NCBI GenBank assembly: GCA_009914755.4
Contig: CP068257.2
Coordinates: forward strand, 23,104,001 to 23,168,000
Length of the DNA stretch: 64,000 nt
Origin: the human T2T-CHM13v2.0 reference genome, Homo sapiens
Direction: 5' to 3'
Numbering within the stretch: the stretch's first letter is position 1; every line of letters begins with the position of its first letter. The notes beneath the pieces were generated by a model, which was given only the letters and a program-made list of their open reading frames with translations, did not search any database and was not told the DNA's origin. The position numbers were made by a program, and so were the translations under genes. Positions 15,788-28,897 of the stretch are shown piece after piece.

Positions 15788-16485
15788 TTGCCACACACTT
15801 TGTGGCTTAAAGCAGCAAAAATAACAAATACACATTTCATTGTAGTTCTGGAGGTCAGAAATTCAAAGCAGGTCTCACTGAGCCAAAATCAAGGTGTTAG
15901 GAGGCATGGGTTCTTTTTGGAGGCTCTAGCAGAGAATCTAGAGTTTCCTAGACTTTTCCACTTTCTAGAGGCCACCAGCATTCACTGGCTCCTGGTGTAT
16001 TCCTTCCTCAATTCAAAATGTATCACTCCACTTTGCTTCCTTTGTCATATCTCTTTTCTCTAATCTTTATATTTTTGCCTCCATCTTATAAGGAATTTTA
16101 TGATTACTTTGGGCCAATCTGGGAAATCTAGGATAAAATCTGGAGCACACTGGTTTGATCATGGCTCACTGTAGCCTCAAACTCCTAGGCTCAAGCAATC
16201 TTCCTGCCTCAGCCACTGAGTAGCTAGGACTATGGGCATGCACCCCCTTCACCTACCTAATTTTGTGTGTTTTGTAGAGATGGGATCTCCCTATGTCACC
16301 CAGGCTGGTCTGAACTCCTGGCCTCAAGCAATCCTCCTGCCTCAGCCTCTCAAATTATTGGGATTACAGGCATGAACCATTGCACCCAGCCTCAAGATAT
16401 TTAATTTAGTCATCTGTAAAGTTCCTTTTCCATATAAGGTAACATATTTACAGATTCTGGGGATTGGGACATAGATATTTTTGAA
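15788..16485 (-). mobile_element. MLT1-type MaLR solo LTR (minus), bisected by an Alu at 16135-16391
   Basis: The left part matches the reverse complement of the MLT1 3' end ('gtggcttaaagcagc...ttctggaggtcagaaattcaaag...ctcactgagccaaaatcaaggtgttaggagg...ggaggctctagcagagaatc'). The right part after the Alu ('...ccatataaggtaacatatttacagattctggggattgggacatagatatttttg') matches the reverse complement of the MLT1 5' end ('tgccatgtaaggtaacatattcacaggttccagggattaggacgtggacatctttgg'). Confidence 0.7.
16135..16391 (-). mobile_element. Alu (old, AluJ-like), lacking its A-tail and terminal ~20 nt, inserted in the MLT1 LTR
   Basis: Sequence 'ctggagcacactggtttgatcatggctcactgtagcctcaaactcctaggctcaagcaatcttcctgcctcagcc...gggattacaggcatgaaccattgcacccagcc'. 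It shows higher divergence than the other Alus. Confidence 0.9.
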
Positions 16486-17102
16486 GGAGTGAGTGGGGCA
16501 GTGCTGTTAGAAATATTCAGTTTGCCACAAATGCTAGTCACATGCAAGGGACGTAGCTTCCAGTGACAGTTTTGCAACACTTAATAGTCTCGGACACAGT
16601 GAACATTAAAAACTCTATTTTTCCTTCACTATCACAATTCTGCAATAACTTCCAATACATAGGAAAGGTGCCAAAATAATTATTATGGAATAAAATATCT
16701 TCTGTGAACTCACAATGACTGAAATTTACCATTTTAGGTTATTCTCTTCTGCTTTCCTTGTTTTATTCACAAAAGCATTTATTTTTCCAGTTCTTGAAAA
16801 GTGCCAAGTTCTTTCCCTTCTTGGTGCCTTCACATATAATTAATTTTCTGCACCGCCGAAGTCTTATAGCCGAATCCACTTTTTAATAGAATATTTAATG
16901 CCTTATGGTCTTCAAGCTTTTGTGTGTGTCTGACTTTGCATCATCACTATAAGGTGGACAAGGGAAATATCCTGAACACTGAGTTAATTGCTGTTCCTCT
17001 AAAAACAAATAAATAAATACAAACAAAAAAAGCTGTTTTGTAGTAAATTGTGAATTTGTTTTAAATTTTCAAAATGTGTAAATTCATGATTAATGTAAAA
17101 CT

Positions 17103-17430
17103 AGCCAGGCGCGGTAGCTCACGCCCATAAATCCCAGCAGTCTGGGAGGCTGAGGCATGCGGATCACCTGAGGTCAGGAGTTAGAGACCAGCCTGACCAA
17201 CATGGAGAAACCTTGTCTCTACTAAAAAATACAAAATCAGCTGGTCGTGGTGGCGTACACCTGTAATCCCAGCTACTCGGGAGGCTGAGGCAGGAGAATC
17301 GCTTGAACCCAGGAGGCGGAGGTTGCAGTAAGCCAAGATTGTGCATTGCATTCCAGCTTTGGCAAAAAGAGTGAAACTCTGTCTCAAAACAAATTAATAA
17401 ATAAAAATAAAAAAATTAAAACATCCAAAC
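17103..17430 (+). mobile_element. Full-length Alu (plus) with A-rich tail
   Basis: From 'agccaggcgcggtagctcacgcccataaatcccagc' to 'gtgaaactctgtctcaaaacaaattaataaataaaaataaaaaaattaaaa'. Confidence 0.95.
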
Positions 17431-18984
17431 AATGCGAATATATTTAAATAAAAAGTGTAATATCAACATCAGCCCCTCCAATCCTAACCTCTCTCCAAAG
17501 GTTTACACTTTGTAGCTCAAAGCAGGAGTCACCCAGGTATCTCACTTTTTCAGTGGGATTTTACATTGTCTCTGCAATGCTAGGATTGCAGCTCCTGGTT
17601 GTCAAAGGGAGAATTCACCAGGAACATGGCAAGGGTTTCAATGAACTCCAAACTATAAATGTTTGCAAAACACTGTAGAATTCTTGTAGCTGGGAAGTAG
17701 CCAGCTTGAATAGAAATTGCCGTTCATTGAGGGATAGTTGACTCTGGTCAACAGGTGGTAGTTGGTTTGCTTTTACAAAAATGAGAGCAGAGAGAAATAT
17801 GTATGGAGCCATGTCACTATTGGTCCCTCCTAGCTCTTCACTGATCCATTATAATGGTGAATGGATATGAGCAGCAACCCTTCCTGAAAGGAACACGGCT
17901 TCCATTGACTCAATAATGATGGCTGGTGTCACACTAATGAATAGTTCACTAAAAACTACCAAAGTGAAAGCAAAGGGCAAGAATAATTTAGAATGAATAG
18001 TATAGGAGAGAGAGAGAATGAGTACCAGTTGCAAGCTGGAGACCGTCTGCAGAGATGGAGCCTATATTTCATTCTATTAATCTCCCTCTTCTAAATTTTC
18101 TTACAGGAAGAGAAGTCTCCAGCAGCCATGGAGGAGCTATTCTCTAACACTGCTTAGAAAGTGGATCTGTGTGGCCCAAGTGGTAGACTGTGCTCACCAG
18201 GAAAACAAGTACTCAGATCTACTGCTTCTGGGAAATCTGCATAATTGACCAATGGCCTCAGTGCTACCCCACTGTTATAAAATGCACAGGAGACAAGGAC
18301 TAGAAAGAGAAACCTTCAACATATATAAGACATGTTTTTCCTTCCAGACATTTGCCAGGTTATGAAGCCACATGTGGTTAAAATCTAATAAGCTAAACTC
18401 AAAATATGCAAAGGCTAGAACTTCCAGGAAGATGTAACAAAGATCTGCCAAGTCCAGTGAAGTTGATACCTCAGTGGTCGTGGGCTGGACCTGAAAGGCA
18501 GTGTGAAATATTGAGAGGCATAGTCCTCCTTAAAGCAGAACCCTGCAGCATGTATACCAAAGTCACATCTTCAAAGCTAATCGCTGTGACCTGTTATTGA
18601 AACAGACATTTTACTATGACATTGAGGTGACCTCTCATGCCTTTCACCTGTTAACACAGGAGTGGACAGATACTCACAGGAAATAAATAATGAACTCAGT
18701 AGAAAAAAAGACCTATGAACTGAAAGAGAATACAATAGAAATTATATTTAGTAAAGCACAAAGAGAAAAATGAGTAACAAGAAGAGAACTTTCTATATGA
18801 TGCATATGGAACACAGTCAAGTAAAGACTAAGCAGAGCATCATAACAGCCTATATGTGGAAACTTCTCTATTCATTTATTACATTACATTTGTTTGTATC
18901 CTTTAATTGTACCCTTACTTTTTATCCTGTCAGCTTTATTCTTTCTGGCCAGTATCATTTATGTAAAAATTGATAGGTAGGACT

Positions 18985-19298
18985 GGCTGGGCGCAGTGGC
19001 TCACGTCTGTAATGCCACCACTTTGGGAGGCCGAGGCAGGCGGATCACCTGAGGTCAGGAGTTTGAGACCAGCCTGGCCACATGGTGAAACCCTGTCTCT
19101 ACTAAAAATAAAAAAATAATAAAAATAAAAAAAATAGCTGAGCATGGTGGCGGGTGCCTGTAATCCCAGCTACTTGTGAGACTGAGACAGGAGAATCGCT
19201 TGAACCTGGGAGGCGGAGTCGCAGTGAGCCAAGATCATGCCACTGTTTTCCAGCCTGGGAGACAAGAGCAAAACTCCATCTCAAAAAAAAAAAAAATT
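18985..19298 (+). mobile_element. Full-length Alu (plus) with 12-bp TSD
   Basis: Runs from 'ggctgggcgcagtggctcacgtctgtaatgcc' to 'ctccatctcaaaaaaaaaaaaaa'. TSD 'ataggtaggact' at 18973-18984 and 19300-19311. Confidence 0.95.
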
Positions 19299-20833
19299 AA
19301 TAGGTAGGACTAACCAGATGTATTTCTATCAATATTATTTTTAATATTTTTCTTTTTAATCAAAATTTAAAAGTAAAAATATGCATAGGGAAAATGAGAC
19401 TAGTATTTATTTATTAGCTATTTAATTTCTACCAACTCTATTAAATCTTTTGGAATGTCTTAAAGTATAATTTATATTTTAGTTTGGATAAAGACATAGC
19501 TATATATTAACATGAATATGAAGTTATATATTGATTTATATTATATTTCCTATAAAATCACATAATACATAGTAAGAATGTATAAGATGATACAAGTCAA
19601 ATCATGGATGCTTGGAGATCTTGTGATGAAGCCTGTTCTTCCCTTGGTAGCTGGGCATGATGTGGCCCATCTTCATGCTAGGCCAGCATTCCCTTGCTTC
19701 TGTATACCTAATTTCTCCTTCTCAGATGCACTCCCAACAATGTATGCAGAAAGCTAAAAAAATGAATGAGTGTAGTTAATAAGATGCTATTGAAACTGAG
19801 CCCCAAATCTAGCTCTGAGCACAATGATAGCTAAAACTTAAGGAGAGGCAGATCAAATAGATTTCATCACCAAAGCACAGAAGCATATTTGTTCAACAAC
19901 AGAGCTTTGCATTTACAAAAGAGAAAAGAGCATGTTTGGGGTAATTTATTTTGAAATTGCTCTGTCAAAAGCTAATTTCATTTTGTTCCATGAGGCCAAT
20001 TTGGCTCATATGTTTGTGCTTTGATAAAGGCATAGGAATAATATTAAAATTGTTGCAACTCTACGGAGATTATAAAACTTTCTCAAGGCAAATTTCTTGT
20101 CTCTGGAAAGAAAGAATGGTGAATAATGAATGACGGAAATTTGAAAATGAATTCGTTCAACAAACACTTATTGAGTGAATGCTGTGTGCCCGATGCGTTA
20201 AGTCTAAATCATCTAGTGCTGCAGTGAGTGAGCCAGGGTGAGAAAACAATGAAAAGAGCAGACAGGTTGTTATTCAAAATGTCTTTTTTTTTCTCCATGC
20301 AATGTTTCAAATTTGGAGAGTCATAGTTTGTTATTGATCCATCAAATATTATGAACTATAAGACCCCAATATACAGTGGCTTAAAAATAGAGATATATTT
20401 ACCTCTCACCTAACATACCAGGGCATTTCCAGGTTTTATAGTAGCTTAATCATGTCAGGAAACCACACTTCTTTCATCTTCTACTCCTCTATCCCTATAG
20501 GCCTTTGCCTATCATGTGAAAAAGAGTGTTAACCAGTGGGAAAAATAAAAAAGAAAAAAGGGAAGAGTAATTCATATCATTTGAATTAAATAACCTAGAA
20601 TTTGCACACATCATTTCTGCTTCTATCCTTTTAACCAAAATAGGAAGTTACGGAACACCTACTGAAGGAGCTGGGCATAGAGTTTTGCTGGGTAGCCAGG
20701 CAGGTTATTCTTCCCACAAATGAAAAACACTCATTTTTAATGCAATAACACAGGGATCTGTGTTACAGGGTAACACGCAGATCTATTCATTCACTATCGC
20801 AAGGTAAATCCCACAATTTTTTTTTTTTGATAA

Positions 20834-21188
<355 letters not shown>

Positions 21189-22408
21189 ACACCAGCAGGT
21201 TTTTGACTCATGGGCTAAATCAAATCCTCTCCGATATAAAATATAATAGAGAATAGGAATATGGTCACTACCATAATACTCTCATTTGGAAAATGGAAGA
21301 ATAAGAAACAAACATCCTCTTTTCTAAAGTAAATTAATACATACATGTGAAAAGTATCTGCTCTGCTACTCAAGAGATTTTCCTTGATGAATATTTATGG
21401 CAGTTCTGGGTTTCGCTCTCTTGAACGTTTTTCTCTGCTTAGAAACTTCTTGGCCACATCTGAGATTGGACTGAGAAAGAAAAATTATGTCCTTAAAACC
21501 TGCCTAACATTTACCCAAGTCATTGTAGTTTGTTGTTCATTTATTTAGGTAATAATACACTTGCTGCAAAACACACAGCAGGTTTTAAGTTTTCTTGCTT
21601 CTAATAAGTTTTGTGTGAAAATGATTAAACAAAGATTATATCTTTACATAGTTGGTTTGTTTTGTTGTCTGTTAATCTTTGAAATCTTGTTTGTTTTCTG
21701 GTGTTTACTGGCCACAGAACCTGCCATTTCTATCAATATAATGACAACTACTTTAAAGCAGGGCCTCAAAATGAGAGTTAGAGATGAGACACCACTTTGG
21801 AGGGATAGATTAGAAAAATAAACTTCGCTGGTGCTGCCGCGCTCCCCCAGGCATTAACTTAGCGAGTGGATAGTGCTTTTGTGAGAAGTAGATGCTCCTA
21901 TCTCTAGGCACAGCCAGCTTCAGTACATGTTGAATAAAGCTGAAGCAATGTTTCAGCCCTAGCCTGCTGCCTTCACTGGCAGCCTTTTAACAGTGTAGTT
22001 CGGCTGTGCAGACTGGACTTGCATTAAAGCATTCTGGTGCAATAAACCTGAGTGGTTAACGAATGTCCTTAATTTGATACTCGCAGTTGGACTGGCTTCC
22101 AAAGTCTAGCTGCAGAGGTAGAAAAAGCTTGAGGAAGAATGTTGGCTTCTGATCATGCTGCCTCTTTAGAAGCAAGCCAACTCTACGTAATAAAAGTTCT
22201 TCTCTGGTAGATCTTTACTAAGCGGAAAATATTTCGTGCTTTTTCAATTATTTCTGCTCAACAATCAAGCTATGTTGGTCTACCTTCCAGGGATCACTGG
22301 CGACATTTTTGCTATGACTTACCAAAGGTCATCAACTTCAGCAATAGTAGCTGTGAGTCCTTGTTCAGTCTTTTCCCTGTTCTGTTAGGGTAACACATTG
22401 TTTTGGGG

Positions 22409-22727
22409 TTTTTGGTTGTTGTTTTTGTTTGTTTGTTTTTTGCTTTGAGATGGAGCCTCACTCTTTTGCCCAGGCTCGAGTGCAGTGGCGCGATCTCGGC
22501 TCACTGCAACCTCTGACTCGCAGGTTCAAGCGATTCTCCTGCCTCAGCCTCCTGAGTAGCGGGGATTACAGGCATGCACCACCACAACTGGCTATTTTTG
22601 GCATTTTTAGTAGAGATGAGGTTTGGCCATGTTGGTCAGGCTGGTCTTGAACTCCTGGCCTCAAGCAATCCACCCACCTCGGCCTCCCCAAGTGCTGGGA
22701 TTACAGGCATGAGCCATCGAGCCCGAC
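22409..22727 (-). mobile_element. Full-length Alu (minus)
   Basis: From the T-rich tail 'tttttggttgttgtttttgtttgtttgttttttgctttgagatggagcctcactc' to 'gggattacaggcatgagccatcgagcccgac'. Possible TSD 'ttgttttgg'/'tgtttttgg'. Confidence 0.95.
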
Positions 22728-25199
22728 TGTTTTTGGTCTTTGTCCAGCATTTTCCTACATCTTTGTACCAAAATCCTTATGGTTAGAATGCAGGCTAAGC
22801 TGCTTGTATAAAGGACCACAAAACACAGTGACTTGAACAGTATATAAATTTGTTTCTTTTTTATGTGACAGTCACGTTAGGTGGACAAAGGCAAGCAGGA
22901 AAACTTAATGTTGTTAGAGAGGAAGATTATCTGTAGAATGGGTTGACAATCCACCGGGTTAAGGCTAACTCATCACACTATGTTGCAGTCTGTAACAGGG
23001 AAACGAAATGTGAAGATACAGCTTTTTCCTCCTTCCTAAAGACCCTTCCCAGAAGTTGCACACGTCTCTTCTGCTTCAATGCAAGACTAGAAATTATAGT
23101 CTGTAGTATGTAGTAAGAATATTAAAATATTCTTAGTAATAATAAAAATGGATAGATGTTGATGTAACCAACACCTTCTTTTAATAGAGTTTTGAATGTT
23201 TATTTTAAATATTTATAAGAATACAACTGAGGAAGCTAAAGGGTAGTTCATTTTTAAGTTATTTTATAGGTTATGTTGCCAGGTATTACATTAATAAAGC
23301 ATGTAACAAAGCACTAATGACACTTTTTCTTCAAAGTTATTTTCAAATAGAATTTTGAGGAAAAAGACCATTTTTCATTAAGCATGTAAAGACAAATATG
23401 TATAAACAATGAATGATATTCAACAAAATATTATGCAAAGACTTGAATAGAAATGAATGAGATGATCTGTTGGTAGTTGAGTATCTCTAGGCAACCTTCT
23501 TTTTATACCTCTCCTGCATCATGCCACCTTTTGTATCCCTCCATCAAAAGAAGCTGATTATCTGATTAATGTCCCATAAATTCGAAGTTGTTATTATAAA
23601 TGACCTGAAATCAGGCAAAAAATATATATAGAGACAAATTATATTAAACATACTAGCAATGAATTATCTTCTGCTATAGTTGAATGTAAGTTTAAGAAAA
23701 TATTAAAACATTCATAACAGAAAATAAATCTTTAATTCCTCTTGTTTCATAAAACACATTTTAAGTGCTTAAACTTATAATTAAGCATGTACTTTAGCCG
23801 CAGAGAAATATTACAACTACTTGATTATAAAAAAACAAAATTGTAGTTGTGTTGCACTTAAATTCTGAAGCTGATTATTTTTATCGGTTACAATCAGCAA
23901 ATAAGCTCAAAATGTTTTACAGGAGACTGCAGGTTAGTTTCTTCTTTGTCTAAATAAGAAATGTCTCAATGTCGAGGTCAACTTTTAAATACTTGACTAT
24001 TGGCACTCTCATGAGTCAAGTATGGAGTGAAAGAAGTGAACGGTATCGTTGGTCTGCATTGTGAATATTTAACAATACTTTTATTTCACATTTGATTGCT
24101 AATCATATTTTTAGGTTGAAAGTTCAGTTTTAACTCTTTAGCGTAACATAAATTAGGTGAGTTAATATAGATAGAAGATTTAGAGCAGTGTCTGATACAA
24201 AACATTAAATAAATATCAGCTTTTCTGTGTGTCTTATAAATGTTGCTCTATAAGTGTTTACGGAATATATTTAGAATATTTCATTTAATTTGTTTCTCAT
24301 AAAAAGACAGTATATCTGTAATTTTTTTCAATGAATTATTTTCAATATCAGTTTCAATTAGTAGCTTGATATTTGTCTTACAAAAACCCTTCTTGTTTAG
24401 TCAATTCAAAGAGTGAAGTCTACTTTATTACCACTCTACTTCAACTTTACTACTGGTGTCTTTTACTTTGCCTTACATACTTATGGAACCACACTAGTAA
24501 GTTGTGGGTAATTGCCTGCTTAAAATGTATAAATTAACTTTTCAAAAGTCATCTTTATTTGTGAAGTTCAGGCCAGCATAATCGTTAATTGCAAACTTTG
24601 AAGCCGATTGTCTCAGTTGGCCACTCCCTAACAGGTGAACAGTGCTTGTGTTTACAGGGTGTCTAGAGTAGAGTTAACTTACTAATTTTTCCATTTATAT
24701 CCAACATATGTCAACCATATGCTAATATAATTTCTATAATGGCTATTTTGGGAAAAGAAAATATATAATACAGAATATAAAACTGATTACTTACCAAAAT
24801 CTCATAATCATCATCACTTTAGAGAAGCGATTGGTTTTTGATTTCCAGTATGCACTCATCTATTACTAACCAAATTTCAGTGAGGACAATTCCAGGCACT
24901 GCCTTAATTTTTTTTAATTAAAATCCTCATTTTACTGGATACCGAAGAAAAGGAAATATGTTGATGTGTTTAGAAGCTTTAAACTAAAATACCTACTTAA
25001 ATGAGTATGTAGAAAAATGTTATAAAAGAGAGCATCTGACTTGAACTACTGCTTCAATCAATAATCAATTTCTGTAATTACTTTAAATCATTAAAACAAG
25101 GAAGAAAAGACACAAGCAACTGTATGTATTACACATTTCAAAGCAAGATGTTTAGTAACAGAAAATAACCTTGTAGTACTAAATTCAGATTGATAATTT

Positions 25200-25775
<576 letters not shown>

Positions 25776-25804
25776 AAAATCTAAGACTATTTTATGCTAT
25801 TCTT

Positions 25805-26273
25805 GTGTAGGAGGCAGAATAATAGTCCTAAAAAATACTCACTTCCTAATCCCCCAAAGTGTAAATATGTTACCTTACCTGGGATGAGGGACTTTGTAGA
25901 TGTGATTAAATTAAGGTTCTTGAATTGGTGAGATTGTCCTGGATTATTCCTGTGGGTTCAGTATAATCACAAGTGTCTTTACACATGTAAATGAGAGACG
26001 GGAGAGTCAGAGGAAGACATGTGAGCACCGAAACAGATTGCAGAGATGTGGCTGTGACCTGGGAGCCATGAGCCAAGGAGTGTCGTGCCTTTAAAAGCCG
26101 GAAAAGGCAATGACACAGATTCTCTCCTAGAGTCCCCAGAAGGAATGCAGCCCTGCGGACACCCACTTCAAGTCTAGTGAGACCCATTTTGGACTTTTAA
26201 CCTCCAGAAGTGTAAGATAATAAAGCTGTGTTGTTTTAAGCCAGGGAGTATATGGTAATTTGTTACAGAAGCA
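25805..26273 (+). mobile_element. MLT1-type MaLR solo LTR (plus)
   Basis: Sequence 'gtgtaggaggcagaataatagtcc...cccaaagtgtaaatatgttaccttacctgggatgagggactttgtagatgtgattaaattaaggttcttgaattggtgagattgtcctggattattcc...ataatcacaagtgtctttaca...ggagccatgagccaaggagtgtcgtgcc...gccggaaaaggcaatgacacagattctctcctagagtccccagaaggaatgcagccctgcggacacc...ccagaagtgtaagataataaagctgtgttgttttaagccagg...ggtaatttgttacagaagc' follows the MLT1 consensus ('tgtggcagaattctaagatggtcccc...ctgtgaatatgttaccttacatggcaaaagggactttgcagatgtgattaagttaaggatcttgagatgggg...gtggtaatttgttacagcagc'). Confidence 0.75.
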
Positions 26274-26739
26274 TTAGGAATCTACGGTCTCTGACACATT
26301 TACAGAATTCAAGAAGCCTGAGGTCTAATTTAAGAAATACTATTAATCTTTTCTCTACTCATTTTCTTCAACTGCCAAGTGAGTATTGTAATGCCAGTCT
26401 TACATACCTCACATCATTATGTAAAGATAACATTAATGTTTAAAATAACGCATTACTTTTTCTATAGTTTAAATAGCTTGCTCCCATAACGCATTCACTC
26501 AACAAGTATTAATGGAGTTCCATCTAGATTCTCTCGACCCTGGGGATAAAGCACTGAACAAACATTCACAACAAACATTCACAACTTCCTGTGATTATGA
26601 AATATATATTCTAGTGGTAGGGAAGTGCATAAACAATAAATATGTAGTGTGTCAGATGATGATTAGTGCACTGGAGGAAAAGAAATGATAAAAAGACGTA
26701 GAAAATGGGGAGCTTTAATTTAAGCTGGAGTCATTCTGA

Positions 26740-27540
26740 AAAGTCTCAGTGATGGGGGAATTTGTGTAAAGACCTCAGTGAGGTGAGAGAGTGTGAGTCT
26801 CATGTATATTTAGGGGTAGGTGTTCCAGTCTCCTCAAAGGTCTTCTGACTGACATGTGTCTGAACTATGGGGAGGCTAATGTGTGTGGAAGGAAGTTACA
26901 GAGGGAGCCTCCCATGGCAGGAGATGAACGCAGAAGATAAGCAGGAGACTAATGGAGTTACAGGAGATAATTATGGGCTTCCTTTGTCTTTGTTAGGACT
27001 TCAGTTTTTACTCTGTGAGAGAATGGATGTCCTTGGGGTATTGAGCAGAAGAGTAACATGATTGGAAATAAGTTTTTAAAAGATGCTTTCTAGCTGGTAT
27101 GGTAAGAAATACCTGAGGTTGGGAGGAGACGAGGTAAAAGAAGATTGCAAAAATGCAGGTCATTGATCTTGACGGCTACGACCAAGGTGGTATTAGTAGA
27201 GGTAGTGAGATGTTGTTCAATTCTAAATATAATTTGGAGGTAGAGATTATGCAATTTGCTGATGCATTGGATGTAATATATCAAAGAAGAAAGGAGTCAA
27301 GGATGTTATCAAAGCTTCCAGACTGCACAGCTGAATTGAGGGTGTTTTCCCCAGCTCAGATGGGCAAGACTGAAGGAAGGATAGTTGGGAATGAGCAAGT
27401 GTTTTGTTTTGGATAAGTTAAGCATGAAATGCCTGTCAGCTATCCAGGTGTGGATGTTTTGATGGCATTTGCGTATGCCAGTCTGGGTTTCATGAATAGA
27501 GTCCAGGCTGGAAATAGAAATCCTCCTGCACAAATTATTG
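26740..27540. repeat. Probable ancient interspersed repeat (unclassified; possibly LTR-internal or DNA-transposon derived)
   Basis: Contains 'ggataagttaagcatgaaatgcctgtcagctatccaggtgtggatgtt', which resembles a motif I recall from a common mammalian repeat ('gttaag.ttgagatgcct...catccaagtggagatgt'). I cannot name the family. ORF 27153..27416(+) has no recognisable protein features. Confidence 0.3.
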
Positions 27541-28139
27541 CACTTATTAATTACAACTTTGTCAGATTTTCTAAGTAAAATTTAAATGCAGTAGTATCTA
27601 TAATTTTTACAGCAATTTTATGTCCCACTATTTAAGAGGCTGGAGCCAATATTGCCATAATGTGATATTATGCAATGATACTCAGGTAAATAAACTCTCT
27701 GCAAAAAAAAAAAATAATATTAACCTATAATTATTTTTGAAAATCATTCATATTGGATTTTTCGAAAATGCATATTGATTTCAACATTCAGGTAAAGTGA
27801 AACAGAAAGTGAAAGACACTCAAGATATGAACTACTTACTTATTGTAATGAGGATGCTGATTTTGCATATTTTTATAATTAAACTATACAAATCATCTCA
27901 TTATTTAAATACAGATTCCTTCTTAAAATATGAAGTCCACTTTGTTTTATTTACATTATGTGAGGCTCATAAAACACTTTGGAAAACTACTTCTTGAGAC
28001 ACGGCATTAAAGACTAAGTGGCAAAGTAAATAAGGATTATATCCCTATAATTATTCTGGATATATTTTTTAAATCTATCAAAAAAGGGAGGAGGGTCATC
28101 ATTAATTTTTTTTAATTTGCTTTTAACATATATTGTCTT

Positions 28140-28897
28140 TTTTTATTATTATACTTTAAGTTCTAGGGTACATGTGCACAATGTGCAGATTTATTACATA
28201 TGTATACATGTGCCATGTTGGTGTGCTGCACCCATTAACTCATCATTTGAATTAGGTATATCTCCTAATGCTATCCCTCCCCCCTCCCCCCACCCCACGA
28301 CAGGCCCCGGTGTGTGATGTTCCCCTTCCTGTGTCCGAGTGTTCTCATTGTTCAATTCCCACCTATGAGTGAGAACATGCGGTGTTTGGTTTTTTTGTCC
28401 TTGCGATAGGTTGCTTAGAATGACGGTTTCCAAATTCATCCATGTCCCTACAAAGGACATGAACTCAGCCTTTTTTATGGCTGCATAGTATTCCATGGTG
28501 TATATGTGCCACATTTTCTTAATCCAGTCTATCATTGATGGACATTTGGGTTGGTTCCAAGTCTTTGCTATTGTGAATAGTGTCACAATAAGCATATGTG
28601 TGCATGTGTCTTTATAGCAGCATGATTTATAATCCTTTGGGTATATACCCAGTAATGGGATGGCTGAGTCAAATGGTATTTCTAGTGCTAGATCCCTGAG
28701 GAATCACCACACTGTCTTCCACAATGGTTGAACTAGTTTACAGTCCCACCAACAGTGTAAAAGTGTTCCTATTTCTCCACACCCTCTCCAGTACCTGTTG
28801 TTTCCTGACTTTTTAATGATCGCCATTCTAACTGGTGTGAGATGGTATCTCATTGTGGTTTTGATTTGCGTTTCTCTGATGGCCAGTGATGATGAGC
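28140..28897 (-). mobile_element. Young L1PA-like L1 3' fragment (about 760 bp; ORF2 C-terminus plus 3' UTR, 5'-truncated) with 9-bp TSD
   Basis: Near-consensus reverse complement of the L1PA 3' end: 'ttttttattattatactttaagttctagggtacatgtgcacaatgtgcag...ccctcccccctccccccaccccacgacaggccccggtgtgtgatgttcccc...ttatggctgcatagtattccatggtgtatatgtgccacattttcttaatccagtctatcattgatggacatttgggttggttccaagtctttgctattgtgaatag...ggtatctcattgtggttttgatttgcgtttctctgatggccagtgatgatgagc'. Track ORF 28194..28595(-) reads '...TIAKTWNQPKCPSMIDWIKKMWHIYTMEYYAAIKK..FMSFVGTWM.LE.IILS.LSQGQK', the ORF2 C-terminus. TSD 'tattgtctt' at 28131-28139 and 28899-28907. Confidence 0.9.

Noticed and set aside
21800-22400. CpG island / promoter
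   Set aside because: Only about 8 CpGs in about 600 bp. Observed/expected is clearly below island thresholds by eye. It is kept only as a low-interest finding.
28194-28595. 133-aa ORF with clear similarity to L1 ORF2 C-terminus
   Set aside because: It is a real coding remnant, but of a 5'-truncated L1 (lacking RT and endonuclease domains), not a host gene. It is annotated as a mobile element instead of a CDS.
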